From: a bacterium
Lineage (GTDB): Bacteria; SZUA-182; DTGQ01; JAFGSM01
DNA: 29,492 nucleotides
NCBI GenBank assembly: GCA_049472355.1
Contig: JBLIRP010000048.1
Span: 1 to 29,492, forward strand
Reading direction: 5' to 3'
Positions 9,089 to 20,900 of this stretch are shown piece after piece. Position 1 is the stretch's first letter, and each line of letters opens with the position of its first letter. Under the pieces are notes generated by a model. The model ran no database searches. It saw nothing but the letters and a program-made list of their open reading frames with translations, and was not told where the DNA came from. The position numbers were made by a program, and so were the translations under genes.

Positions 9089-9541
9089 ATGGAAAAGACC
9101 GATTCAATAAAGTCCTTTGTGGCAGACTTCATCCTGCTCGCTGATAAGTTATCTGGTGAAACGAAGGATGCGGAAGACAGGAAGATCTATAGGATGTATC
9201 TCACCCACGCTGCTCTCATATTGGCAAAGGTTGAAAAGGGAAAAAGCTGTGAGGAGGACATCATCAATGCGGAACCCCTATTTGACCGCTCGCGACCCAA
9301 GGATGCAACGGCATATGATGCCTTGCACCAGATATGGTCGGCCTTAACAACGTTACTCACCAAACCCTCGTTTGAAGGGATGTCGGTCAACGAACGGCTT
9401 TTCGCATTCGGGCTCTTCGATCAATTCGATGATGCGGTATCGAGGCGCGATTTCCGGATGCTCAGGCAAATCCTCGAAAAATGCATGTACGAGGAGTCAG
9501 AGATCAAGGAGATCATCGAAAAGGAAATGGGAACCGGATAA
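9089..9541 (+). CDS. Hypothetical protein (150 aa)
   Basis: AGGAG RBS before ATG 9089, downstream of a consensus promoter. The C-terminal segment GMSVNERLFAFGLFDQFDDA looks like a small domain. Confidence 0.75.
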   Translation: MEKTDSIKSFVADFILLADKLSGETKDAEDRKIYRMYLTHAALILAKVEKGKSCEEDIINAEPLFDRSRPKDATAYDALHQIWSALTTLLTKPSFEGMSVNERLFAFGLFDQFDDAVSRRDFRMLRQILEKCMYEESEIKEIIEKEMGTG

Positions 9542-9597
9542 CGGCGTATCATTGGGATGCCACAAGTCGATGTGCCTTTCAATCCCGGGCAGGCGAT

Positions 9598-10104
9598 TCA
9601 GCCTCCTCTCATTGCGGACAATATTGCGGAAATGACCTCCTCGTGGTTTTTGCCGCTGCAGTCGACATCAATCTCTGCATATCTCCGGTAGAGGGGGACC
9701 CTTTCATTGTATAACTCGCTCAGGCATTGGCCTGGTCTGCGCACAACTCCTCGATTCGCAAAGTTCTTCAACCGCTTCTCAATCAAGTCGAGAGAAAGAT
9801 CGAGATGGATGATGGTCCCGCTCGAGCCCAGATGTTCCATTGCCCTCCTGCTGTAGACGACGCTCCCTCCGGTGGCGATGACGGTTTTCGTGCAGGCAAG
9901 TGACAGCACCGTACGTTCCTCGATGCAAAGGAATGCCTCCAGTCCCTTACTATCAATGATCTCCTGAAGGCTTCGGCCTTCCTGCACCTGGATGAGCACA
10001 TCGGTATCAATGAAACGCATCGACATTACCTTTGCAAGGATAACACCGATGGTGCTCTTGCCTGAGCCCGGCATCCCGATAAGGACGATATTCCCTTCAC
10101 TCAT
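9598..10104 (-). CDS. aroK: Shikimate kinase
   Basis: NIVLIGMPGSGKSTIG P-loop, FIDTD, VIATGGSVV and ER-PLY motifs. Confidence 0.92.
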   Translation of the reverse strand: MSEGNIVLIGMPGSGKSTIGVILAKVMSMRFIDTDVLIQVQEGRSLQEIIDSKGLEAFLCIEERTVLSLACTKTVIATGGSVVYSRRAMEHLGSSGTIIHLDLSLDLIEKRLKNFANRGVVRRPGQCLSELYNERVPLYRRYAEIDVDCSGKNHEEVISAILSAMRGG

Positions 10105-10261
10105 TGCGTCCGGCACGGCTGCGACCTTTCGTATTGAAGAAGCTGAAATAGGTCTGCAAGCAGGGGATGTCACCACGCTGTGACATGCCCACACTCGTTG
10201 ATCTACACAGTCTATTTCAATTGATCGGCGTTGAGTTACACTTTACGCTAACTTCTTTCCC

Positions 10262-10289
10262 TTGACTTTTTAAAATCATGGTTTAAAAT
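10262..10289 (+). promoter_or_regulatory. Possible sigma70 promoter with no credible downstream CDS
   Basis: TTGACT-N16-TAAAAT in an AT-rich patch. Confidence 0.4.
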
Positions 10290-10403
10290 AGTTATAGATT
10301 GTTTATACCCATGTAAAAGTGATAGGGCATTATCGAATATAACAAAAGGCCTTCCCAGGGCTTCCGGTTCTTCCGGTAATTTCGAGCCCTATGTAATATT
10401 TAA

Positions 10404-10444
10404 GGCAGGCATCCTTTTCACAGGGATGCCTGCCGATGTTTTTT
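10404..10444 (+). terminator. Intrinsic terminator-like hairpin
   Basis: Perfect 11-bp stem GGCAGGCATCC/GGATGCCTGCC followed by gatgTTTTTT. Confidence 0.65.
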
Positions 10445-10488
10445 CGTAAGGCACTGCCATCCAATCAGACATGGAGCATACTGCCGGT

Positions 10489-10830
10489 TCATTTTTCAAG
10501 TAATGTACCCTCACTTCTAATAATATACATATATCCCGGGGATTTCACGATTACGCTGATGGCACATCCCTTGCTGAAGACCGGTTCGAACGATCTCCAG
10601 GGCATCGTCAAATCTATCGACCGGCACCTGCTTAGCCATACCTTCCATGGCCTTGTCCAGGAATGGTTCCGTTCCTCATACTCACCAGGGGCCAGTGTCA
10701 CCGTTATGGACCAAATACCGTTCCCATCAATGGGAAGCATCCGGAACTCCTCGGTAATCTGCCGATCGTTGAATGTGCCTCCAAAATGAACGGAGTTGAT
10801 GCCCAGGTTGGTGCATATCGTGTAGGGCCA
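10489..10830 (-). pseudogene. Degenerate remnant: glycogen-binding (CBM48/AMPK-beta-like) fragment joined to a second gene fragment
   Basis: SVHFGGTFNDRQ...MLPIDGNGIWSITVTLAPGEYE resembles a CBM48 early-set domain but stops before the usual YKF..DG.W. A different frame then reads EPFLDKAMEGMAKQVPVDRFDDALE. Confidence 0.5.
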
Positions 10831-10959
10831 TGAAAAAAAAAGACGTTTCTGGTTCAATACCTTCACATAGGGCCTGTTGCATTTTTGCCTATCACCTATA
10901 CAGACGGAACACGAAAAGGTTACACCGACAAGGCGTAGGATACATGTCTTCCGATGGCA

Positions 10960-11739
10960 TCAAATAAGACCCGCCACAATGGGAGGCAGCGGCAACACGA
11001 CAGGCACAAAGGGAACCACTGCCGGGGCCACCGTGGTTACCACCGGAGCAGCCACGACCGTAGGTGCTGCAGGGGCCACCGGCGTCACTGCGGGAGCAAC
11101 CACAGGGGCAACTGCAGGGGCCACAACAGGGGCTGCTCCGGGGGCGATAAAGCTTCCGGTGAACACATAATTGGCCGGTACAAGTTCACCTGCGGTAAGG
11201 AGATTGGGGTAAATCCCATAAAGGGATTGATATGCCTGGTTAACAACGGGCAGCATGATATTGAGCCATTGAGCGGGATCGAAACTGATAAGATTTGCGT
11301 AATTGGCCGGCAATGGTATGGGTGCCGGAGTAATGGCGGTAGCGGCGAGCTGCAGCAGGGAGGGGGGGGGCCATACCCTGAAGGAATACGCGGGATTCAC
11401 AATGCCCTGGGCCGGGTCGAAATAGATCAATTCATTGAGCCCGCCGCCCACGGGAACATAGTTGTACAGAAGATGAAAAAAGGGCAGACGCGGGTCCCAC
11501 ACGAGCGCCGGCTGTACCGGCAGGAAGGTGGTTTTCGTGATCTCCGAAACCAGCGGGATGGGCAGTCCGGTGACGGGGTCCGGCGGGGATAACACGGGTG
11601 ACCACAGGGGCCACAGCACATTATAAGGCGGCAATGATTGCCATAACTGAGCAGAACAGGTATCAGGAACAATCCAGAGGGCGACAATTATAAGTAAACT
11701 GCATAAAATCACCATATATTCAATATATTTTGCCTTCAT
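10960..11739 (-). CDS. Secreted Pro-rich protein with an Ala/Pro/Val low-complexity C-terminal tail
   Basis: GGAGA RBS before ATG 11739. The signal peptide ends CSA, followed by QLWQSLPPYNVLWPLWSP. The tail is AAPVVAPAVAPVV... It has its own consensus promoter. Confidence 0.85.
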   Translation of the reverse strand: MKAKYIEYMVILCSLLIIVALWIVPDTCSAQLWQSLPPYNVLWPLWSPVLSPPDPVTGLPIPLVSEITKTTFLPVQPALVWDPRLPFFHLLYNYVPVGGGLNELIYFDPAQGIVNPAYSFRVWPPPSLLQLAATAITPAPIPLPANYANLISFDPAQWLNIMLPVVNQAYQSLYGIYPNLLTAGELVPANYVFTGSFIAPGAAPVVAPAVAPVVAPAVTPVAPAAPTVVAAPVVTTVAPAVVPFVPVVLPLPPIVAGLI

Positions 11740-11911
11740 GGTCTTCTCGTCTCCACGGTATGACAATAAGCTTTTTTATATTATGGGCCTCTTCCAATTG
11801 AATACAATCCTCTTTTCCCTCCCTCTTCTAAAGTTACGTGTATACTCAGCGGGTGTCTTGGAAATGGGAAATTCATGGTGTGGCCTTGAAGCAATTTCGA
11901 GATCTATCAAA

Positions 11912-11974
11912 AGAATAGCAAAAACATGAGGCCCTGTCAAAATAAGCCATCATGGTTGTCAAGCCATCATGGTT
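11912..11974 (-). promoter_or_regulatory. Sigma70 promoter for the 10960-11739 gene with a tandem operator-like repeat
   Basis: Minus strand TTGACA(11940-11935)-N17-TATTCT(11917-11912) with extended -10 TGn. AAGCCATCATGGTT occurs twice, at 11944-11957 and 11961-11974. Confidence 0.7.
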
Positions 11975-11986
11975 TCTAAGAAAAAG

Positions 11987-14900
11987 CTATGACCTGAAAT
12001 CGATGATCAGAATGACGCGTGCCGCATTAGGATCCTCGTCGATTTGGGTACTGCCCTGATGGGGATGGTGGCATAAGAGGCATGCATCATCCTGGTCCTG
12101 GAAATGGGCATCGATATGGCAGTCGTTGCAGAAGTCCTCGCGTTTGCCCGGATACCCGGCGTTCCCGCCGCTGCTGCGCAGGTAGGCGTCTCCCTGCTGG
12201 AGGTGCGGGTTGTGACAGGAGCCGCAGTAGAAGCCGTCATGGGGATCGGGTTGGGGCTTCGGTCCTGTGGGGATGACATCGTGATCGGATGAATCGCGGG
12301 GGAAGGTGTTGGGATCGTAGTAGGCCACACCCTCGATATCCGCCCAGTTTCGCATCACATGGTCCTCCAGGTAATCGCCCGGTATCTCTCCTCCGGGGAG
12401 GGCCTTTTTGAAGACCGACTCCGCGCCGGTCTTGGCGATGCCCGCGAGGTTGTGGCAGGTGAAGCAGAGCTGGCGGAAGCCCTGGAAGGGGCCGGCCCCG
12501 TAACCGGGCCGTGACCAGAGCTTTGGTCCGACTGCGCCGTGAGGGGTATGGCAGGCATTGCAGATCCCCCATTCGCTCCCGGAGAGTCCACCGCCTCCAT
12601 GGTCCCCTGAAGGGAAGTCGTATTCGGTCTCACCGAATGGATGGCAGGCCTTGCACAGCTCACTTCCAGGGCTGTGGGTGCCGCGCACGACGAAATTATC
12701 CTTGACCAGGAGGTAGCCATGGTCTTGATAAAGATCCGTACCGTTCTCTCCCTGCCATGAGGTTACCGCGGCATGGGTGTTGTGACAGGTGGTGCAGACC
12801 ATAGCGCCATATTCACCTTGAAGCGATCGACCGGTATTGGGATCGTAGGGATAGGTAATTCCCCCGGGCTTCCCGCTCCCTCCTTGGGAAAAGAGGGGGA
12901 GGGCATCGTTATAGGTATCCACGAAACTCGGCGCAGTGGGCGCACCTTGAATCGGATCAGGATTTGGGCCTCTGCCAATGGGATGGCTGCGGGATACAAA
13001 TATCCCATCCTTGTTGTGACACGCTTCACATAATCCATCAGGCTGATAGGCGGAGGGGTGGTTCCCCAGATAGGGTGGGGTGTGGTTGTCGTGCACATCA
13101 TGACAGGTGCCGCAATACATATGACCAGACTGCGTACCATAATCGTCGGTTATAACGAGATCCGTACCGTCTGAAACGAAAAACCCCTCGCCGATCATTC
13201 CCGGGTCGGCGTTCAAGCCGAAGGGGTGGGTAAAATGGACACATGGATTGAGGAGTGAGCCTGCATCGCCGATGCTACCAACCATATCCTGTTTTCCGTG
13301 ACAGCCGAAGCATAGATCCTCGTAGTCGCACGCATCGGTGTCATCCTCTTTATCTCCCCATGAAAGGTTGAAAGAGGGCTCCCTCATGAGGGCATCGACA
13401 TCCGGACGTATGCCAATATCCGGTATGGGGTCGGTCTGGCGTTCTTCGCCATCATGCATGAAATGACAGAACATGCAGCCACCCCTTCCGTTCGGAGACT
13501 CGTCAGCGGAAATCAGATGCCTTCCCCTGAGGGTAGAGGTCACCTTGTCAGTATGACAGGTGATGCAGAAATCGGGCTTATCCCTCTCATCTCCTTCATT
13601 CAATGCCCATCGCAGAAACGAGTTGGCCAGGCTTCTTGCCTCTGCATCCGGTCCGGAAAAGGGTCCGGAGCCATGCTGACCGTCATGGCAGGAGGTACAG
13701 GTCAGTTGCCCATTTTTATTGAGCAACTCGAGCGGTGTGCCCGGCGCCCTCACAAACATGCCGCTGACGACCTTTGTCGAATCATGAATACTCGCTTGGG
13801 TTCCCATGGGATGGTGTTCCTTCCTGACAAGAAACTCATCCCCCGATATGGAAGGTCTTCCTTCCCTCCGTGCATCCCGCTCATTATGACATCCGTAGCA
13901 TAATTGTGATGGACATTGTTCATTGGGATCATCCGTTATTTCGGGCACATTCGGGAGTGCAACCAGGGAGGGATACGGCTCCGTATCCGGAAGGATTCCG
14001 CTATGAGGTGAATGGCACGTTATGCAGCTTTCATTGGTGCCGGTGTGTGGGCTGGAATGGCAGTCCTCACAGGCCCCCCGATCCAGCGCCCTTACCAGGA
14101 GCCTTCCATGGTCAAGGAGATCGTCTCCATCGGCTCCCCCATCCCAGTTTGTTTGTGCCGTATGGACACTGTGGCAGGTTTGGCAAACCACGCTACCCTC
14201 TGCCGAGTCGAATGATATATCCCCATCGGTCAGGCCCCCTATTCCCCCGCTGTAGCCACTGTAATACAAGACAGGGACGCCTCCTTCCAGTGCCTTATCC
14301 AATGAATGATTCTGGGTGCCAAGATTCTCGTGCTGTGCAGTATGGCAGCTATAGCACAATAGTGATCCATAATTGTCAACGCGAAGATATGCTGATCGGT
14401 GTTCCCTGTAATCCTCCTGAATCTCCGGTGAGAACTGATTCTTGCGATGGACATCATGACAGCTCCCGCACCAAATCCTCCCCTGTTCAATACCATAATC
14501 GTTTATCACGCCTGTTCCCTTTCCATCCGAGATGCCGGGCATATTTTGGAGGGTCGCTGAAGGGAGTGCATTAAATCGGTGCGAAAAGAATCCATCCCTG
14601 ATGTTATCCAGGAGCAATGCATTTTCTTCGTTTGACGTCGATTCCTCCCCCACGATATCCGGTCTGGAATGGCATCCATAGCAGGCGTCCTCATAGTCCC
14701 TGGCGTCCGTATCGAGTATGGTATCGGACCAGGCCATGTTAGCCGGTGACACGCGCATGATAACGTCGACCGAGACCGACGAGTTACGCTGAGTCGCCTC
14801 TTCTTCACGGGTCTGATACAGGGCATCGGGATCACCCGGGGAATTGTGAATGGAATGGCAAAAGAGGCATTGATTATAAGGGGCAATCTTGTTGTGCCCT

Positions 14901-17900
14901 TCTCCGCGCGGTCCCAAGTCGGCGCATTGCTTGTCTGAATGGCATGCCGTACAAAAAGTTCCTGCATTGGCTGGATCGAATTCCGTAACAATGCGGGGAT
15001 TCAGGTAATGATCATTGGTCCCATCATGCACGGTATGACACGAGGAACAGTACAATTCCCCGGCAGGTGACAAGGGCCCCGCCGGTGTAGGTTGATGTCC
15101 CAAGGTCGAGGCATTTGCTCCCAGCCCCATCGGGTGGTGCTCCAAAGGATAGGATACATCGTCACCAGCCAACGGCGCGCCGATTGCGCCGGGAAATCCC
15201 GATCCCTTTCTGTGGCATCCGTAGCAGGCTGCAGCATATTCCGAGGAATCGGAGAAACCCGGGCAATTCGGTATCGCGGTGAATTGTATATGCGGCGTAA
15301 TGAGGATTGAAGAACCCATTTCTAATGCATTGTGGGGATGGTGGCACTCGAAGCACCCATGCACAGCCCCGTGACCATGGGCATCCCCTGAGACGAGGCC
15401 TTGATGGCACTGTGCACAGAAGGTGTATTCCTTATCCGAGGCATTTTCAATCAATCCGGGTGCCCTCTGCCTCAGGTAATCCCCGCCGCCTTTATCATCA
15501 ACAGGTGCATAGGGATTGCAGTGAGGGTCATGGCAGGAACCGCACGAGAATCCATCTCCTCCTTCGGTTTCCTTGAGCGGAAAAGGGGACCAATCGTTTC
15601 TCGTGACACTCCCGCCATTGATGAATGCGCTGCTGCCCATTACGTGATCATGGGTTATATCGCCCTCTGCCTCAAAAATCCCGAACCGATCCTTCGCCCC
15701 GTAGAGGCCGGTCCTGTGACAGAAGGCACAGAGTCGCTTGGTGCCGGTGAATGGGCCGGTTGTCGTGCGCGCCCATATCCTTTCATCAGCAGCATGATGG
15801 GGCATGTGACACGCATCACAGGGATTCGAAGAGAGAATGTGCGGGCCGTTCAGACAGACTTTATGACATGCGAAACAGAGTGCATTCTGAATATTGCTGC
15901 GTCTCAGGTAAAAAGAGGGATAGATGCTTCCCCTGGATTCCGTCATCTGAGAAACTGTGTCATCATCTCGTAATCGCATATACGCCTCACCATGTGGCTG
16001 GTGACACGTTGCACAGGTGATGGTATTGTTTGCATCCAGGTGGAGATCTTCGGGGATTTCCACCGCTTCAGAAGGCGCGATATCAACCGGATGCGAACTC
16101 CCCAGTGATTCTTCCGAATGACATGCACGACAGAGGCTTACCACATCCTCCCTGAATCGAAGGTCACGGTAGTCAGTAATCCCAAATATGGGCTCACCAA
16201 TGTGACAGTCCTGACATCGATCGGCATCATACATGAAGGCGTGGCCACCCTCCGGTATATCCCCGATCAATATGAGCCTGGCACGTCTCAATTCCTCGGA
16301 TGTCATACCTTCAACGGCTCGTGTGTCACCCCTGTGGGGATGATGACATTCCTGACAGTTTTCGCAGTCGAGGTGCGTGTTCCCTGTCTCCCAAGGGTCG
16401 TGGCACTGGGTGCAGAACCGTGTTCGATTTCCCGGCTCACCCACATCACCTGTTTTTGTCCTCAAGTAGTCACCATTCGTTTCATTTGCAGGGGGCTGCG
16501 TATGCGGATCATGACAGCTCCCGCAATAGAGGCCTGCACCACCTGTGTCCCACTCCGAAGGATGACCTGGAACGCAGTCCGTATCATTCGGATTCAGAGG
16601 AAAGGTACAGGCATCATAAGTTCCCAATGCACTATCGGCATTAGTGTCCGCAGATCCGTGCATAACGTGGGATTCAAATACAAAGCCGAAAACCGTGGCA
16701 ATGCCGGATGCCACGACTGGTGAATCGGGAGCATCGGGATTCAGCCCTTGGGTGAATGTGCCGTCATGGCAACTGTTGCACAACTGTCTCACCCCTCCGA
16801 ATTTGTTCAAAGGCCTTCTTGCCCATAGTGTTTTCCCCCTTGCTCCATGGGGGAGGTGACAATTCGCGCACACCCCCTGGGCATGCTGAATATTATGAGG
16901 TCCTGTCATTATCCGTGGATGACAATCCCGGCACATATCGCTTCCCTGATCGGTCATCCTGTTTTCCCTGACGGTCAACCGACCGTGTCCCTGATCCGCC
17001 TTTCCCGGAACCCTGCCGTCGAATGAGGTGGCGCTCGCATGAATGTTGTGACAGGTGAGGCATATGACCGTACCCTCGCCATTTTGGACGTCACCGGTAA
17101 TGCCCCCCGGCTCCCCATCTCCTCCCTGAAAGTAGAGGGCATCCCACACCGGTTCAGTTGAAGGCGGATTGGGGTCCTTATTCATCGGATGCCCAAATTG
17201 TAAGAACCTGCCCGAGCCATGATTCTCATCATGGCACTCCTCACAGAATCCATTGTCCAATGCAAGGTTTATGTCATCCTCTGCGTGATTGAGATATGGC
17301 CGGATCATTCCATTGTGCACAGTGTGACAGGTTCCACAATACATACGCCCTGCGTCCGTACCGTAATCATTTAGGGTCATAAGACCAGGGCCATCCGAAA
17401 GGGGATAGACGCCTCCCGGCTTCACCTTTAAGCGCGGCGGGCTATTGGGGTCCGGGACGCAGGTAAAGCGATGAGTAAAGTAGGCATTGGGCTGCAATAG
17501 CGATCCTTGAGAACCAAATCCGCCCACTATTGTCGGATCTCCGTGGCACCCATAGCACATGTCCTCATAGTCGTACGGATCGCTGTCTATGACACCCCTG
17601 CAGCTATCGTCAGCACCGATGTCCCCTACCACCCAAATCAGTGGGATTGCCGGCTGCCTCATGAGCGCATCCACATCAGCCCGGATCCCCTGGTCAGGCA
17701 AAAGGGTGAGCGTGGACTGGCGCTCGATGCCGTCATGGATGAAATGGCAGAACATGCAGCCGCCCCTTCCGTTGGGGGAATCATTCGGAGAGAGCCAATG
17801 TTTTCCGTCATTGTGTGATTCAGTCTTGTCCGGGTGACAGGCACCACAGAACGCGGGATCGTCCATTTTATCCGCGCCGTTGGCAAATTCCCAGCGCAGA

Positions 17901-20900
17901 TGATGGTTTGCCTTTGCCTTGTATGGGTCATCCGGATATGCCCCGGCACCGTGCATCCCGTCATGGCAGGATGTGCAGGTCACTTCCCCTGCCGGATTTG
18001 CGAAGGTGGCACCGGCAGGCATGGTTGCCCTGAGGCTCGTTACTGTGGCCTGGGTTCCCATGGGGTGATGCTCCTTACGCATTACCCCAGAATCATCTCC
18101 GTAGAGCACCGGTATGCCCATTGACGAGCCTGTCCCGGGATTGTGACATCCGTAACAGGTTCTGGACAAGGGTATATCATCATCACTGTCGTTGATTGTC
18201 GCAACATTGGGAAGTGCCCTGAAGGAAACACCCTGCCGATCGGTCCCGTCACAATCCTGATCGATGGTATCACCGGGGATATCCACGGCATCGGGATGCA
18301 CCAACGGGTCAGTGTCATCACAATCCTCAGGCCCGCACTGCGCGCCGCCAATGAAAAAACCGTCTCCGTCCGCGTCACGACACACCAGGATAGTGCCGAT
18401 GACCTGCACAGAGACATCCCTATTGGTCGCCGCAATGACCACCGTTCCGCTGGACAGGGCGGTAATCTTCCCGTCCGTGCTCACCGTGGCATTATTCGGA
18501 TCTGATGAGGAATAGGCCGTTCCGGATGAGCCCTTTGTTACATCACGCGTCGTACCGTCTGAATATCTTCCGGTCACCTTCAATTGTAACGTGCTTCCAG
18601 CCCCGGTGATGCTGAATGAAGAGGGCTCAACTACAAGCGATCGCAGTGTCGGGGAGGGCTTCGGTACCGGATGGAATGGCGGAAAATAGAGTGCCGAGGG
18701 ATAAACCTGGTTGTAGGGGAGAAAATTACCATACGGACCCGGTTGAGAAGGCCTATTGATGACGGCATTCCACATGGCGAATTGTGGTTTATACCAAGTC
18801 GATGCGAGAGAAGGATATATGTAAGATATGAATGTGGGCGTTTTGTACATTGTCTGATAGGAAGGGTACAGAAACGTCCCCAGATATGATGGCAAAGAAA
18901 ATGCTGTGGAGGACATCCCCAGTAAGGGTCCTTGAAATATGAGGGGATAGGTAAGGGGATATCGTAAGGGAAATAATCCCCAGGATTGTTGCCTGGGAAC
19001 ATTCCTCACCGTGATCCTAATGGTTTCAGAATCGAACCGTGGAGGCAGTCCATTGTCGGTAACAAAAAAGGTTATTTCACGATCCCCCGACTGGTCGAAG
19101 CCCGGTTTCCAGGAAAACTCACCTGTTTCCTGATTGAACCGGGCGCCGTATGGAAGCGGAGTGGCGGAGTAGGTCAAGAGATCACCATCAGGATCGGCGG
19201 CATGCACCGCAAAACTTAGTGATTCGCCCTCCCTCACGATCTTGTCGCCAATGAGCGCCAATACAGGATCGTTATTGGTGATGCCTATGATATCCACCAT
19301 GCCGTTGACGTGTCGATAAAAACCGGGATTTCCATCGTAGATCCCGTTATGTGGATGACACGTGGAGCAGTCCGACGAACAGAATGAATGATCCGTACCC
19401 TTGTCATCGGGTGGGGTGTGATGACAATTGTCACAGTAAATGAAATGGCCGTCCGCATCCATACAGGTGAGGGGGTCCCTGCAGAATTGTGATTGCTCCG
19501 ACCAGGTTATGTGCCCCGCGAACACCCCTTTTCCGTTGCTGTGGCAGTATAGATTCATACATGCCTTTGTGATTGCATCATATTCACCGAGGGGATTCAG
19601 AAATAAATCGAACCCGACAGGGGTATAGTTATTTAGATCGAATAGATAGTCGAGGTTTGGATCGCTATAGGGCTGACCAGAAGGGTCGATATGGCACCTG
19701 AGGCAGGGGTAATTATACCGCGCATGTGCCCTATGCGGATCCTGACCCAGATCCCCGTCAGGGAAAGGTGGAGGGGGCGTGCCGTGCCCTTTGCCGAAAA
19801 CCGTGGCAGAGAGATCGAACCCTTCAGCATCCGTGAATGTTTCGATATCGATGCGCTCGATCCCATGACATCGACAGGTGGGTGCAAATGCCTTTGAATT
19901 GAAGATCGAGAGGGGGCTTTCAAGCTCGAGCGCCGATTCCGGCTCGGGTCCCGGATCATGGACGTGGCAGGCGGTGCAGTCTGTGCCCCGGTAGTCGACG
20001 GTGCAGGTATCCGAATCCGGACACACCATCCCATCCGGGTTAAAGTAGTGCCGGGAACCGTTTGAGTGCTGAAATCCGTCAAGCCCACCCGGCCGTGACC
20101 AGAGACTCCTCGCCTTTGTCTGATGGCATACCTCGCATATATCCGTTGTTCCGGAGGGGATCGTCATGTCATTCTGCGAAGAGTCCTGTTCGCGGATGTC
20201 CTGTTTAAGCGGATCGAAAAGGTCAACCACCCAGACATCCTCATTTGGATCGGGATAGGGGCTGCCAAGTGCATACGGAGGTGGATAGGGGCTGCAGGGG
20301 GGTGACGTGAACTGGCTGAAATGGCAGTCGTTGCAAGGTTGTTTGGGGATGCTTCCGCGTATCATAAAGGCATTCGCGTTTCCCTGCTTGTCGCCCGAGC
20401 CGTGCGGATCATGGCAGACAACGCATTGTGATTGCCTCGGCGGCTGTACCGGCCTTTCGCGTCCGATCGATGGGCTTTTATATACGAAATGGGAGTATTT
20501 CGTGGGGTGACATTCCCTGCATTCCCGCCATTGGTGATGGGGAGAGGCGCTCACCTCATTCGGATCCCCCCATCGTTCATCGCGGTAATCGATGGTGTCG
20601 AGATGTCCGTTATACTTCCCTAAGGGTATTCCGTGAGGGTATTCAAATGACCCGGCGCATATCTTCCTTTTTGTCGTTTCATTCGACCAGTGACATTCCC
20701 AGCAGAAATTCTTCTTACCGTCATTCGGGTCAAGGTCCTCATCATGAAGGGTACAATCCATATCCATGGAAATCCCGCTGCTATTCATGGCACCCCTGTT
20801 CGGGTATCCTCCATGCAATGTCTTTGGGGAAGGATACCCCGTATCAAGGGTAGCCCCTGCATAGTAGTTCTCAGCCTTGACCCCGTGGCCGTTCTTTGAC

